DNA of 63,983 nt, filler included, from Neoconidiobolus thromboides FSU 785 (Eukaryota > Fungi > Entomophthoromycota): assembly GCA_025603075.1 (NCBI GenBank). It is 12 parts of 12 records of this genome, joined end to end, with 100 filler letters (N's around TTAATTAATTAA, not from the genome) between each part and the next. Parts side by side here need not be neighbours in the genome. Positions count along the whole stretch, not along the records: positions 49,833 to 53,683 come from MU626801.1; positions 53,784 to 55,546 come from MU626920.1; positions 55,647 to 58,246 come from MU626845.1; positions 58,347 to 59,653 come from MU626995.1; positions 59,754 to 61,120 come from MU626983.1; positions 61,221 to 62,631 come from MU626973.1; positions 62,732 to 63,983 come from MU627009.1; 5 more parts are not named here. The stretch is one strand, 5' to 3'. How positions within the stretch are numbered: the first letter of the stretch is position 1; every line of letters starts with the position of its first letter. Under the pieces are notes generated by a model. It did not search any database. It was not told the origin of the DNA and saw only the letters and a list, made by a program, of their open reading frames with translations. The translations under genes and the position numbers were made by a program. Shown here one piece after another: positions 52,827 through 63,983 of the stretch.

Positions 52827-53327
52827 ATTATAGTTTATACTGTAAGTTAGTTGAATTTCTACTAGATCTTAAATACATATTCTTATAAAACTTTATAGAG
52901 GAACATTTATTATTAACTGCTTTATAACTAACACTATAGATTTGCTATCAAATAAATAAACTATTTTAATATTATAATTACATTATTAATATATTGCCAA
53001 GTTATTAAATAGCTGCATGGAAGGGAGTGGTTAGTCCCAAAGCTATAATTAACCATCGCTATATAATACAAGTAATATAGTAATACTTTTTACTTATCAT
53101 TACAATTAATTATTCCTTGATTATTTATTAACTTGGATATTAATGATTTAAGTAATATTGACGTTCAATAATCTATTTCTATCATTCAACAAACTATCTA
53201 CTTGCTTAGTAAATATCGAAAAATTTAAATTCTCTGTTATTTTCGCAAGATAAGCTGGGATTGATCTTTTAATTTTTCTATTTTCTATAGACTCTATAGT
53301 TCCAATTAGAATTATGTCGCTTTTTTT

Positions 53328-53683
53328 TTATGTATTAGATACTGGATAACAATGTAGTTTATTGTTATGTTTAATAAAGTGTAAATACTTCTTAATGCCT
53401 TGGATCTCTATTCTTCTTTTTGTATTTTTGTTTCTTTTATACTTTTTAAAAATTATATCTGTTTTCCTATTATTAACAGTCGGGTTATTAATTTTATTAT
53501 GTTCGCAAATAAAAGCCTCAAATCTTGAAATTAATTGATTAATGTCTTCTATTTTACCTAACGCTTTAAAACTACTTTCCCATTTTGAAAGGTTTCCAAA
53601 ATGTCCATCAACTATACTTTTTCCATGATGCTCAGCAAAAAAATTAAGATTAACATCCAAACTACTATTTATTTTATGAATTT
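53328..53683 (-). mobile_element. Putative Sola-like DDD transposase, C-terminal fragment (frame open into the gap)
   Basis: FFAEHHGKSIVDGHFG = F-x4-H-x5-D-x2-FG, the spacing around the third catalytic Asp of Sola-type transposases as I recall it. Confidence 0.55.
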
Positions 53684-53783
53684 NNNNNNNNNNNNNNNNN
53701 NNNNNNNNNNNNNNNNNNNNNNNNNNNTTAATTAATTAANNNNNNNNNNNNNNNNNNNNNNNNNNNNNNNNNNNNNNNNNNNN

Positions 53784-55537
53784 AAATGTTGCTTTTTGTA
53801 TTAATATTAATCGATGATAAAAATTAGGATATTGAATTTTATTATTATTTTCTTTTTCTTTTCCTTTTCCTTTTCCTTTTCCTTTTTCTTCTTCTTCTTT
53901 TCCTTCTTCTTTTTTTCCTTCTTCTTTTTTTCCTTCTTCTTTTTTTCCTTCTTCTTTTTTTCCTTCTTCTTTTTTTCCTTCTTCTTTTTTTCCTTCTTCT
54001 TCTTTTCCTTCTTCTTCTTTTCCTTCTTCTTCTTTTCCTTCTTCAATTATATTATACTTTGGACAATCTAAAGAATAAATAAATTTTCCACCAGTTGCCA
54101 TAGCTAAAAATCGAAAAGATTCGTTATCTGGTACATAACCAAAGCTACTTGCTGGTGTAAAACCAAATGGATTACCTACTTGAATAGCAATTAAATGAAC
54201 TCCTTCTTTAGCCATACCTCTTAATCCATAACCATAATCCATAGGTTTAAATTCTGGTACACCATCCGATATTAAAACTAAAACAGGAGCTGCATCTTGT
54301 GGCATTAGCCTTAATGTTAATAATCCATATTCTAAAAACGAATTTTGTCCTTCTTTTTGTTGTAATAAATCTTCTAAATCATCTGGTATTATATTGTTGT
54401 CATTATTGTTATTGTTATTTAAACTATTATTATTATTTAAATTATTATTGTTATTGTTAATCGAATCTATTGTTGTAGTTTCATTTGCCATTATATTTTG
54501 TAAATAAATAAACCATTTTTGTATTTGATCAAATGTAGCTTTTAAATTTTCCTTGGTTACTATTATATTATGTAATAATGTTTTTATATTATCCTTTGTA
54601 TTTGTATTATTGTGAGTTGAAGAATTAGAATAATCCGCTAATACACTTAAATAAATTTCAGGTTTTACTTCAAAGTAGGTATTTGTTTGACTTTGTGGTA
54701 TTGAAAATTTATCTAAACAACCAAATAAACAATTTTTAAATGTTTCTATGATTTCATTTACTAATACTGTTTTTCTGAAGGGATCAATTGTGGCTAATGA
54801 ACTGGACATATCCAATAAAAATACTAACGAATATCTTTTATAAAATGTATATATTTTAGTATGTGGTAAAATCCTATAAAACCCTTCTTTTCCATCTATT
54901 GTTGACTTACTTTCTTTATCCCCTTGCTTTTCTTTTAATTTTGTTTCATTCATTTCCATTTTATTCATATCTTTATTTTGTTCCTTATCATTACCTTCTA
55001 AATCAATCCAACCTGGTTCTTTTTCATCATTAATTTCAATAACTTGTAAATGTTTATCCTGTAAATGAAAAGTATTCACATGTTAAAAGAGATAATAAAT
55101 TAAAACTCATTTCTTACCTTTAAACTAAAGGGTTTAAAAGGACGAAACATATGATTGATAGCCCATAATACCCAATCACTCTTTGCTATCCTCCAACGGT
55201 TATCTACACAGATTACTAAAGAACGAGCGTCTATGACTTTCTTTTTTGAATATTTAGTTAAATTTGTTTCATTTTTTTAAAGGTTAAACATGCTCCTTTT
55301 ATACAACTAAAGTACTAAATCAACACTTACTACACTTTCACTAATATTCCCATTCGCTCTATTGTCCTCTTTTGTTACTTCCAATCCCTTTTCACTATCT
55401 ATTAAATCACTAGCGCTTCCATTACTACTATTACCATTTTCTAATGTTATCCTTTTATCATATTGTGATTTTAATATCTGTTGAATTCCTTGTTTTCTTT
55501 TACTCTCTTTTTTTATAGCTCCTTTTTTTTCATTCAT
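53784..55537 (-). CDS. SZT2: SZT2 (KICSTOR subunit) homologue, 5' portion; truncated at both ends by gaps
   Basis: RWRIAKSDWVLWAINHM exon; YSLVFLLDMSSSLATID, KPEIYLSV, LVLISDGV and AIQVG...SSFGYVPDNESFRFLAMATGG match the SZT2 N-terminal region. Confidence 0.75.
53880..54045 (-). repeat. 15-bp coding minisatellite (EEGKE/EEGKK x ~10)
   Basis: GAAGAAGGAAAA(A)AA units. Confidence 0.9.
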
Positions 55538-55703
55538 TCCGTTTTTNNNNNNNNNNNNNNNNNNNNNNNNNNNNNNNNNNNNNNNNNNNNTTAATTAATT
55601 AANNNNNNNNNNNNNNNNNNNNNNNNNNNNNNNNNNNNNNNNNNNNTTTTATTAGTTTTTAGTTAAATATATCAAGCAAAACATTTCTCGATTAAAAATC
55701 GAA

Positions 55704-55775
55704 GGGCTCAGCTGGGAATTGAACCCAGGGCCTCTCGCACCCAAAGCGAGAATCATACCACTAGACCACTAAGCC
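55704..55775 (-). tRNA. tRNA-Pro (TGG)
   Basis: 72-nt cloverleaf GGCTTAGTGGTCTAGTGG...CTCGC TTTGGGT GCGAG...GGTTCAATTCC...GAGCCC. Confidence 0.97.
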
Positions 55776-56514
55776 TTTTATCTCTTATATAATAAATAAA
55801 TAAATTATTATATAAATCTAGTGTTAAATGCAATTTTTTTGTAGATTGTAATCTATCTCCAAATGTATTTATTTTGTAAAGGGATATTAATAACATGATT
55901 ACCTTTATATTAAGAGTTGTCTAATAGTAGTTTAAGTTCATAATCAATTTCATACTCTCTAATATCTGCATTATACAAGCTGAATTATATACTCTAGTTT
56001 GTAATTCCGTTTTACACAGATTAGCCCATATCAAAAAAAAGTAGAAGTGTTGTAAGAGAAATGTAGGTACTGTTAGGAGACAAAATAGTATTGAAAAAGT
56101 GAATGGTCTATAAGTTTATGAGTATATAATTATTTGCAGGAAAACCAACCGAAATAGAAGGGACCTGAAAATTGTCAATACGAAAAATGAGAGTCAAAAA
56201 AAGTAGAGAGGAAGCAGTCAAAGGAAGATGAGCACATTTTCAAGGTTATCTATAATCAATATCGCTATCATTACTTTTAATATAATAAATTATTGTGATG
56301 TTGCTTTTACAAAAGTATTTTTTAGACTGAATTGTATTCACGCTATTTAACTATTTAATCATTTTTATTTTTATTTAAGCAAGTATCTTTAATATCAAAC
56401 AATTAAAAATATTGATCTAAATAATTTTTACAAGATAGTATCATCATTTCAAATGGTATTATAAAAATTTAAATTATAAACAAATAATAGCTTTAACTAA
56501 ATGATAAATTATAT

Positions 56515-56604
56515 GTGGATGTATTTTTTTAAGAATTTTGTTAATAAATTTTCCGTTCAAATAGTGTTTAAAAAATAGAAAGTAATGAAACCAAAAACAT
56601 CCTC
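56515..56604 (+). mobile_element. MITE family A copy
   Basis: TSD ATAT/ATGT. Confidence 0.83.
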
Positions 56605-58064
56605 ATGTCTTAAATAAAATTTAAAAATTAATTGTAGAATATTTTATAAATACCAAAATAAAATAAAATAAAATTTAAATTTCAAATTTTAAATACTATT
56701 CAATATATATATCTCCAAAAGAGAATGTTTATTTGATAAAAAGTTTCACCGCCTTTAAACTTAATCAGCTCAAAACAAGGATAGAGCTTCTAGCAATAAA
56801 GTCCTTTGAATCATCCATGCTGGTTTTTACTTTTATTTTCTCTTTCTTCTAATTTTAAATACGGCTAAACTAATATATCTACCACCCTATTAATATTTGG
56901 GTATGAATTGTTTAATATCGTTATGAGCAAAGTAATATTTTTTAATATATCTCATTTACTTTAAAGTTATTACTTTATTAAATGTATAAATAACGTACTT
57001 GTAAATAATATAGTTATATTTAATATTTTAAAAAATTCAATCTTCTAACTTATTTAACATTGTCAAAGTATAAATTATGATTAGGATAAATGTTTAAATA
57101 AGGGACAATAAGAAAGTAAAGTATCAATGGAATTTATATTAATAAAATGTTATATTAATTAAATCAACAAGCTAATATGAAATTGATTAGAAGTACATAT
57201 CAACGTATAAAAGCTGTATAATTTAAGTCTATTTGCATATAGGTTGAATAGACCATAAATTCCAAAGTAATTATAATCCAAAATATTGGTGAGCTGATAA
57301 TGACTTCGAGATATTTTTAGTTGTGATACGTATAGGCATCAAAACTATAAACAGAACAGTAACCTATATAAATATTGATAATGTTATAATAATTATAAAA
57401 CAAACCATGTATTCTTATAGAAACACAAAACAAAAAGCTAGTTTATTATTTATTAAAAAGCGAAAGTTAAAGTGATATAGAGTAACAAATAAATGAAATT
57501 TTGTAATATAAACGTTTATTTCCTAATTAGCTAATTTATTCAGCTATTTCTCGTGTGGTGATAAAAAAGTTGATAGATTTTAATTATTTGATCATGTTAT
57601 ATGATGCAATCCTTATCTATAGCACAATACTTAGTTCATTTAAGTTTGAGTCTATTAATTTTTTTAATAAAAACATCAATTTAAATGAAGCAATTAAAAA
57701 ATGATGATCATAAATGATAAAAAAACAAAACAGATTATTTTCAACTTTCATTTTTTAAATAATATACCAACTACGATTATAAAAGATAGTATTCTAAAAA
57801 CGATTAGTATGTATGATGTTTTAATATTTCAAATGATTTAATAAGGGCCAAAGATCTAAACAATAAAATTTAAAGATAGAGAATGATTATAATTCAAATC
57901 TTTTTAACAAAAACCCGAAATAAATAACTATTACAAAGAGTAGTTGATGCGATTCAAATAAAATAAGAATCAAAGTATAAACAATTCGAAAGTTAAAGTC
58001 TAGACTTTTACGAAAGCATATATAAAACAGAAGATGTAAATAGCAATAATTTGTATAAATCAAA

Positions 58065-58246
58065 ATGAAATTTACACATGTTTTGTTAAGTCTCTCATTC
58101 ACTACCCTTTCTAATTGCATGGTTCCAACTGCCACCACTAAAAGAGCAGCAACACCAACCAATCTTATTGATATAGAACGTATTTTTGAGTACAAGTATG
58201 ATAATAATCAAAATAATTATTATGAGTTAGTTACTCCAAAATCAAA
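58065..58246 (+). CDS. Putative secreted protein, 5' fragment
   Basis: MKFTHVLLSLSFTTLSNC signal-peptide-like start; frame open into the gap. Confidence 0.4.
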
Positions 58247-58346
58247 NNNNNNNNNNNNNNNNNNNNNNNNNNNNNNNNNNNNNNNNNNNNTTAATTAATT
58301 AANNNNNNNNNNNNNNNNNNNNNNNNNNNNNNNNNNNNNNNNNNNN

Positions 58347-58490
58347 TATCTGTCTTATATAGCTTGTAACCTATTACGCGCTATTCTTCATAATCCAAGT
58401 CTATCTTAGTCACATAAACTAAGACCTTTCGACTTACAGCTGGTCAATCAACCAAAAACTGCTTTTAACTCTAATTATTAAGTACTGCCT
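58347..58490 (-). mobile_element. Partial solo-LTR-like copy
   Basis: Matches positions ~320-450 of the window and 63835-63983 (reverse). Confidence 0.7.
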
Positions 58491-58824
58491 TTTATATAAA
58501 AGTTAAAATAAAAAACAAAAAATTTCTAATTCAAACTTAATTCAAATTAGACTCAGTCTAGCAAATCAAATAGCTAATCGAATTTTATAGCGAAATTGAT
58601 AAAAATATTATAATTGGCAACTTCCTTAAAATATGATTGTTTAGTTTTAAAGATTTATATTTAATTTAATAATAACTTTTATTAGTATTGAATTAATTAA
58701 TGAGGTATAGCAACTTTTACCTATTTTTCTTGTGGTATAACACTAGTAAACAAGTTGATATAATTATAGCATGATAATAGTAAACAAAAACGAGAATAGT
58801 TTATAAAGTAATATATATTTGAAG

Positions 58825-59653
58825 TTATTTGAACTCATTTAAGAAGCCTTCGATCAGAGAATTAACATTAGTATGATCAAAATAATGAATCCAATGTCCA
58901 CCTTCAATAATCTAAGATAAAGCATTGTTACATAAACTAAAGTTTCAATAAACTAATCTTACCACTACTGAAGCATCTTTTAAGTAGTTTTGGGCAGCAT
59001 CTTTAAAAGTAGTACAAAAATCACTAGAACCTAAAATCTAAAAATTTCTTTAGGTTTGTATTGTAATAACAATTGAATTATATTTTACTTGTAAAGATTT
59101 GACTTCAATATTGAAATGGGGTTTTTGTTTATCATTAAGCCCATTTAAATAGCTTGTACGATACCAATTGGTAGGTCCTCTTGTCCCATTTAATTTATAT
59201 TGGCTTATTAAATAATTTAAATACTAATAAATAGTTATAGGCTTCAACACAAAATGTAAAAATCTTACATTATCATCAATATATTCTGAATTTGAGGTAT
59301 CATAGGTATCAAAGTGTTCAAACAAGGTCTTATTCAATGGTACATGGACATAGTTTGTAGGATCGAAGCTGGGTTTTTTTATATAAAATGATTTGACGAA
59401 TTTTTCAACATTATTGTCAAATTCTTCTACATTACCCTCGCCTAAGGCAACCTTTAAAATAATAGAATTAAAGTAATATAATAGTAACAAAGAAAATTTA
59501 CTTGATAACCAAATACCGAATTTTTTTCAGCCTTTTGTTTTTCGGTTCTTGGCTCGCCTAAAGTAGGGAAGTAAGGAATACTTAAACTTACATATCCGAT
59601 GATATTCTCTGGATAACGATAAGCCAATTCCCAACCAACGGAACTACCCCAAT
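58825..59653 (-). CDS. Alpha/beta-hydrolase (epoxide hydrolase-like), 3' portion, multi-exon
   Basis: (D)WGSSVGWELAYRYPENIIGYVSLSIPY, GTRGPTNWYR and GGHWIH motifs; stop at 58825. Confidence 0.85.
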
Positions 59654-59753
59654 NNNNNNNNNNNNNNNNNNNNNNNNNNNNNNNNNNNNNNNNNNNNTTA
59701 ATTAATTAANNNNNNNNNNNNNNNNNNNNNNNNNNNNNNNNNNNNNNNNNNNN

Positions 59754-59823
59754 ATTTTCCATTACCAGTTTGACCCGGTTTTTTTGTACCAGGCATTTCA
59801 TGAGCAAAAACTTTGATTGTCAT
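59754..59823 (-). CDS. 5' fragment of a gene, possibly a long-chain acyl-CoA synthetase
   Basis: MTIKVFAHEMPGTKKPGQTG runs into the gap; assignment rests on a weak remembered motif. Confidence 0.25.
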
Positions 59824-60161
59824 TTATAAAATATATATCATCAACTCGATTGACTTCTTTTTATACTTTTTATACTCTTTATACATTTGACATAAATTTT
59901 CATACCACCATCCTAGCCCTTTTAAACCTGTTTTTATATACCCATATTAGGTTAGTTTCTCATTAATATTTCATTCATCAGTATCTAATAATTGTAAAGG
60001 AAGAATAAAATGTGACTCTTATTACTTCAATTTAAGAGTTAATTTCTTCAGTAGTAACTGAACTTTTAAAATTTAGTATTTTATTTTTTGTTTATTCTTG
60101 CTATCTATAGTTAAATAATTTGTTATTCTTTTATATATGCGATTTTTGTTTTTGTACATAT

Positions 60162-60260
60162 GGGGATGTATTTTCGTATTCAAGAATTTACTAACAATTT
60201 TTCCGCTTAAATAGCGCTTAAAAATGGAAAAAATAATGAAGTCAAAAAAAACACTCCCCT
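60162..60260 (+). mobile_element. MITE family A copy
   Basis: TSD ATAT/ATAT. Confidence 0.9.
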
Positions 60261-60912
60261 ATATTTGTAGAAAATAAAATTTTTAATAATAATGAAAAAA
60301 AGAAAAAGGAAAAATTCAAAAAGATGCAATAAAAATACGTTTGTAAAAAACAAATGTGAGTGATAGATAATCACCTTTTTGATATATACTTTGACTAATA
60401 TTGTGATAAGCAAAAGTGAGGTTGTATTAGGCTTTTTTGTAATTCAAAATATTAGTAAAGCTCAGAAAAATAATCAATGTACTTACTTTTGCTAGTCGTT
60501 ATATACAGTACCTGTAAAAATTGTGAGCTTATGGTAAACTATATAATAAATATGGGTAAAAGAAGTATAGAATTTATAATACCCTGTAATTGTTTTTTTA
60601 CCTGATGTAATAAATATATTTAATTTACAACTATAAAACCACTTTATTAATAATCAAAGTACTTTCAATGAAATATTAATTGTGATGACACGAAATTCCA
60701 AAGAGTATTTTTACCTGAAAATAACTATTTAAACATCAAACATAATTAGTGTTGCAATTAGTAACCACATTGTTTTTTGGACAAAAACTACAATGACCTA
60801 TCAAATGATATCATGTTTCAATTGAATCAGATTGAGTTTTATAATGTTAACTATTCACTATTTCTTTTACTTTCATTAGTAAAGCATTAGACATATATTG
60901 ATATTTTTCTAT

Positions 60913-61009
60913 GTAAATACATTTTTGTGTTTAAGAATTTCACTACCAATTTTTATGCTTAAATAACCCTTAAAAGATGGAAAAAGTAATGAAGTCAAAG
61001 AATGTCTCT
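60913..61009 (+). mobile_element. Degenerate MITE family A copy
   Basis: Core matches the consensus, termini decayed. Confidence 0.75.
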
Positions 61010-62731
61010 ATATCTTAAATAGCTAAATTTATTTGTAAAAACTTTCAAAAATGGGGAGAAATTCTTCTTTCACTGCTTTACGTTTGATTTTAAAGCTAGA
61101 ATAATATTAGTTTAATATCTNNNNNNNNNNNNNNNNNNNNNNNNNNNNNNNNNNNNNNNNNNNNTTAATTAATTAANNNNNNNNNNNNNNNNNNNNNNNN
61201 NNNNNNNNNNNNNNNNNNNNATTTCATTTCAAATGAATATCAATTATTATCAAAATAAAATTTATCGAATTTTAATTATTTCGAGATTTACTTTTGCTCT
61301 ATTTATACTATTTTTTTGAATTTAAAAATTCAAATTTACTTATTTGACAATTACATTCATTGGGAATTACTATATTTTTATTCTCTAGCAATGAATTACT
61401 TTGATGCTTGATTTCTTATTTCTAATGATTTATTGATTGCATCTAGCTTATTCAAATATACATCTAATTTTGTATATTTATTAAATGATCTATTTGGTAT
61501 AAATAAAATAAAATGCTTGAACCATTTTAATTCTTTCTAAAAATAACTTACGCTTATTAATTAAATACTTTATATACTCTTAATTTCTTGATTAAAATGG
61601 ATTAACTCCTTTTATTTATTTTCAATTAAATTGTAATTTTATTAGTTTCATTAACTTAAACTCTTGTTATAAATTTAAAGCATATACTTTAAATTTGTAA
61701 TAATTCTATTAACTTAAAAATAACACACTGTATGGTAGTACATTAGGGCTATATTTGTAGTGTTACTCAAAAAATATATTCTTATAATAAATACAAAACT
61801 TCAGTTTCTATTTATATTCAACATTAATAAACCAATTGATTAAAAAAAGTTACGAGTGTAAAACAGGAAAGCTGTATATTATAAGATTGATTTTTTTGGT
61901 AGTTATCTTGCTTTATTTTTAGAAATTAGATTAATACCTCAATAAAGTTAAATATATTTGAATCTTTACATTATATCAGAATAATGCATAAAGAGCGTTG
62001 TAATACATCTATGTTATGCAAATAAAACATTTTATTTGTAGCCTGATGTGTATACTTAAAAACATTAATTGGTCCACATTTTGAAATATTTTTAATCAAG
62101 TTATATACCTTGATGTATAATAGTATATAGTTTTAAGTAAACTGATAGACATGTAACCAAATTATAATATGAATGAGTCTGATCGAACTTGTGAAAATAA
62201 TCTACTGGCAAGGGTATTTAAATAATGAAAAATTAGAATTTTCATATTGATGATAGTTTGCTGGTTATTTAATATGAATATAACAGTATAAAACAAATAT
62301 AGAATTCATTGAAATTCAATACAGAAAGTGCTTAATAAAAATATTTTAACAGGTGGGTATGAAAATATACTAGTTAAATTAGATTGAAATAGAACATAAA
62401 TGTATAGAATAAATAATTTAATCAAAATAGAAGATTAATTTAAATAAAGTAAATGCGATAATAAAATAATTAAAAAGGTAAATGCGATAATAAATAAATT
62501 AATAAAGTTCTATAAATAAATAATGTTACTCTTTTGAAAAATAGTATAAATAGAGCAAAAGTAAATCTCGAAATAATTAAAATTCGATAAATTTTATTTT
62601 GATAATAATTGATATTCATTTGAAATGAAATNNNNNNNNNNNNNNNNNNNNNNNNNNNNNNNNNNNNNNNNNNNNTTAATTAATTAANNNNNNNNNNNNN
62701 NNNNNNNNNNNNNNNNNNNNNNNNNNNNNNN

Positions 62732-63080
62732 GATATAAATGGAACACGTCCCCTATATCTAAAAAACTGGTCTATAATGGGATCATCACTAGCTGGGTCG
62801 CTTAATTTCATTGCTTTCTGTTTAGATCCTACCCTCCAATCAGCGGTGATGAAAACTTATAAAAGATTAACAAGTAGATTTAAGGTTAAAGCTTGGAGAA
62901 GAGGTTCTGGTAAGCATTTTATTTTTCTATTTGAGTAATGACTCAAAATTATAGATGATGTAATGTTGACCATTGACATAAGCTCAGAACTATCTTCTAC
63001 TGCTAGTAGTAATAATGCAGCTGATGTGGATCGTGCAGTTCAAGTAATGTTAGACCAAATAATCAAGTCGCTTTGAATTT
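62732..63080 (+). CDS. 7TM GPCR-like receptor, C-terminal fragment
   Basis: SSLAGSLNFIAFCLDPTLQSAV resembles the last TM (G-x-L-N-x4-DP) of early-diverging fungal 7TM proteins; followed by a GTAAG donor. Confidence 0.4.
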
Positions 63081-63603
63081 TAGATAAATAAGTTATAAAT
63101 ATAAGACTGGTCAAAGTTATGTGTATCCTTTTTTATTTTGATTACGCCTTTAGGAACATAAAATAGACTAGCAAATGCTCTAAACTGCTGTTCAATTATT
63201 TTGTTTTGATTTAATTAATTTATCGAGATTTACAAATGTATAATCAATTACCTCATTTGATCTTTTAGTTTTTCAAGCATTCATAAAAAACTACTCTAAT
63301 ACTGTAGCTTTTATACTAATATCATCAAACTTATAGAGAATTATTCTATATTTTAATTATAGAAGCAGTAAAAGAATGTACAATACAATAAAGTACCATA
63401 CTAAAAGCCTCTGTTCAAGCTTCAATATTATATTAAAAGCTGTATTTGCTTCCTAAGGTAAGTAAAGTAGATTTAAAGCATATTTCTTATTTCAATTTAA
63501 GATACTAAGAGTTAATTTTAAGTAAAGAATAGTTAGCCTCAATTGATTTGCTGTCCTCTAAAAATTATCATAGAATATTAGCATTCTTTTAAAATAAAGA
63601 TAT

Positions 63604-63805
63604 GAGGGTGTTTTTTTTGGTTTCATTACTTTTTGCATTTTTTAAAACGTTATTTAGAGTGGAAAAATTCTTGGAAAAATTCTTAAACACAAAATACGTC
63701 ACCATATGGGGATGCATTTTTGTGCTTAAGAATTTTACTACCAGTTTTTCCACGCAAATAGCGCTTAAAAAATGCAAAAAGTAACGAAGCCAAAAAAACA
63801 TCCCC
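63604..63805. mobile_element. Head-to-head MITE-A pair (63604-63703 minus, 63708-63805 plus)
   Basis: Flanks ATAT | ATAT (shared) | ATGT. Confidence 0.9.
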
Positions 63806-63834
63806 ATGTCCTATTACTAATTTGATTTAAACAT

Positions 63835-63983
63835 TGTGAAATCTGATACTCAGGGTTTGGAGTCAAGAACAGCTATTTCCGGGTTGATTACACTATAAGT
63901 CGAAAGATCTTAGTTTATGTGACTAAGATAGACTTGGATTATGAGGAATAGCACGTAATAGGTTACAAGCTATATAAGACAAA
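63835..63983 (+). mobile_element. Solo-LTR-like copy, 5' part (window ends inside it)
   Basis: TGTGAAATCTG... near-identical to 18011-18160. Confidence 0.75.

Noticed and set aside
834-63805. CRISPR array or REP-like interpretation of the ~100-bp repeats
   Set aside because: Eukaryotic context, dispersed in both orientations, no regular spacers, TIRs with TSDs

Overview
Very AT-rich eukaryotic (fungal) DNA. Short spliceosomal introns (about 43-45 nt where I resolved them), GH18/GH16 cell-wall enzymes, a proteinase K-type subtilisin and an SZT2 homologue suggest an early-diverging fungus, possibly Zoopagomycota (inference). The window is 12 assembly pieces joined by artificial 100-bp spacers (44 N + TTAATTAATTAA + 44 N) plus one 755-N gap, so adjacency across spacers is unproven and several genes are cut. 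Recognisable genes: HEM12, DRS1, an R3HCC1-like RRM protein, RAI1, PKA regulatory subunit, an HNH protein, RPL11, a WRN/EXD-like exonuclease-domain protein, M1 aminopeptidase (3' part), RPB2, S8 protease, two paralogous His/Gly/Ser-rich proteins, an F-box pseudogene, MET5, GH16 Crh, GH18 chitinase with an inverted partial copy, SZT2 (5' part), tRNA-Pro(TGG), an epoxide hydrolase fragment and a 7TM fragment. The main signal is a transposon system: about 32 copies of a ~100-bp MITE with GGGG...CCCC termini and copy-specific 4-bp target-site duplications (mostly ATAT), a second family sharing the same terminus, and a Sola-like transposase fragment next to one such terminus. Also notable: a ~465-bp TG...CA solo-LTR-like family (one copy fused to a telomere-like (GGGATA)n tract) and four contigs bounded by inverted repeats.
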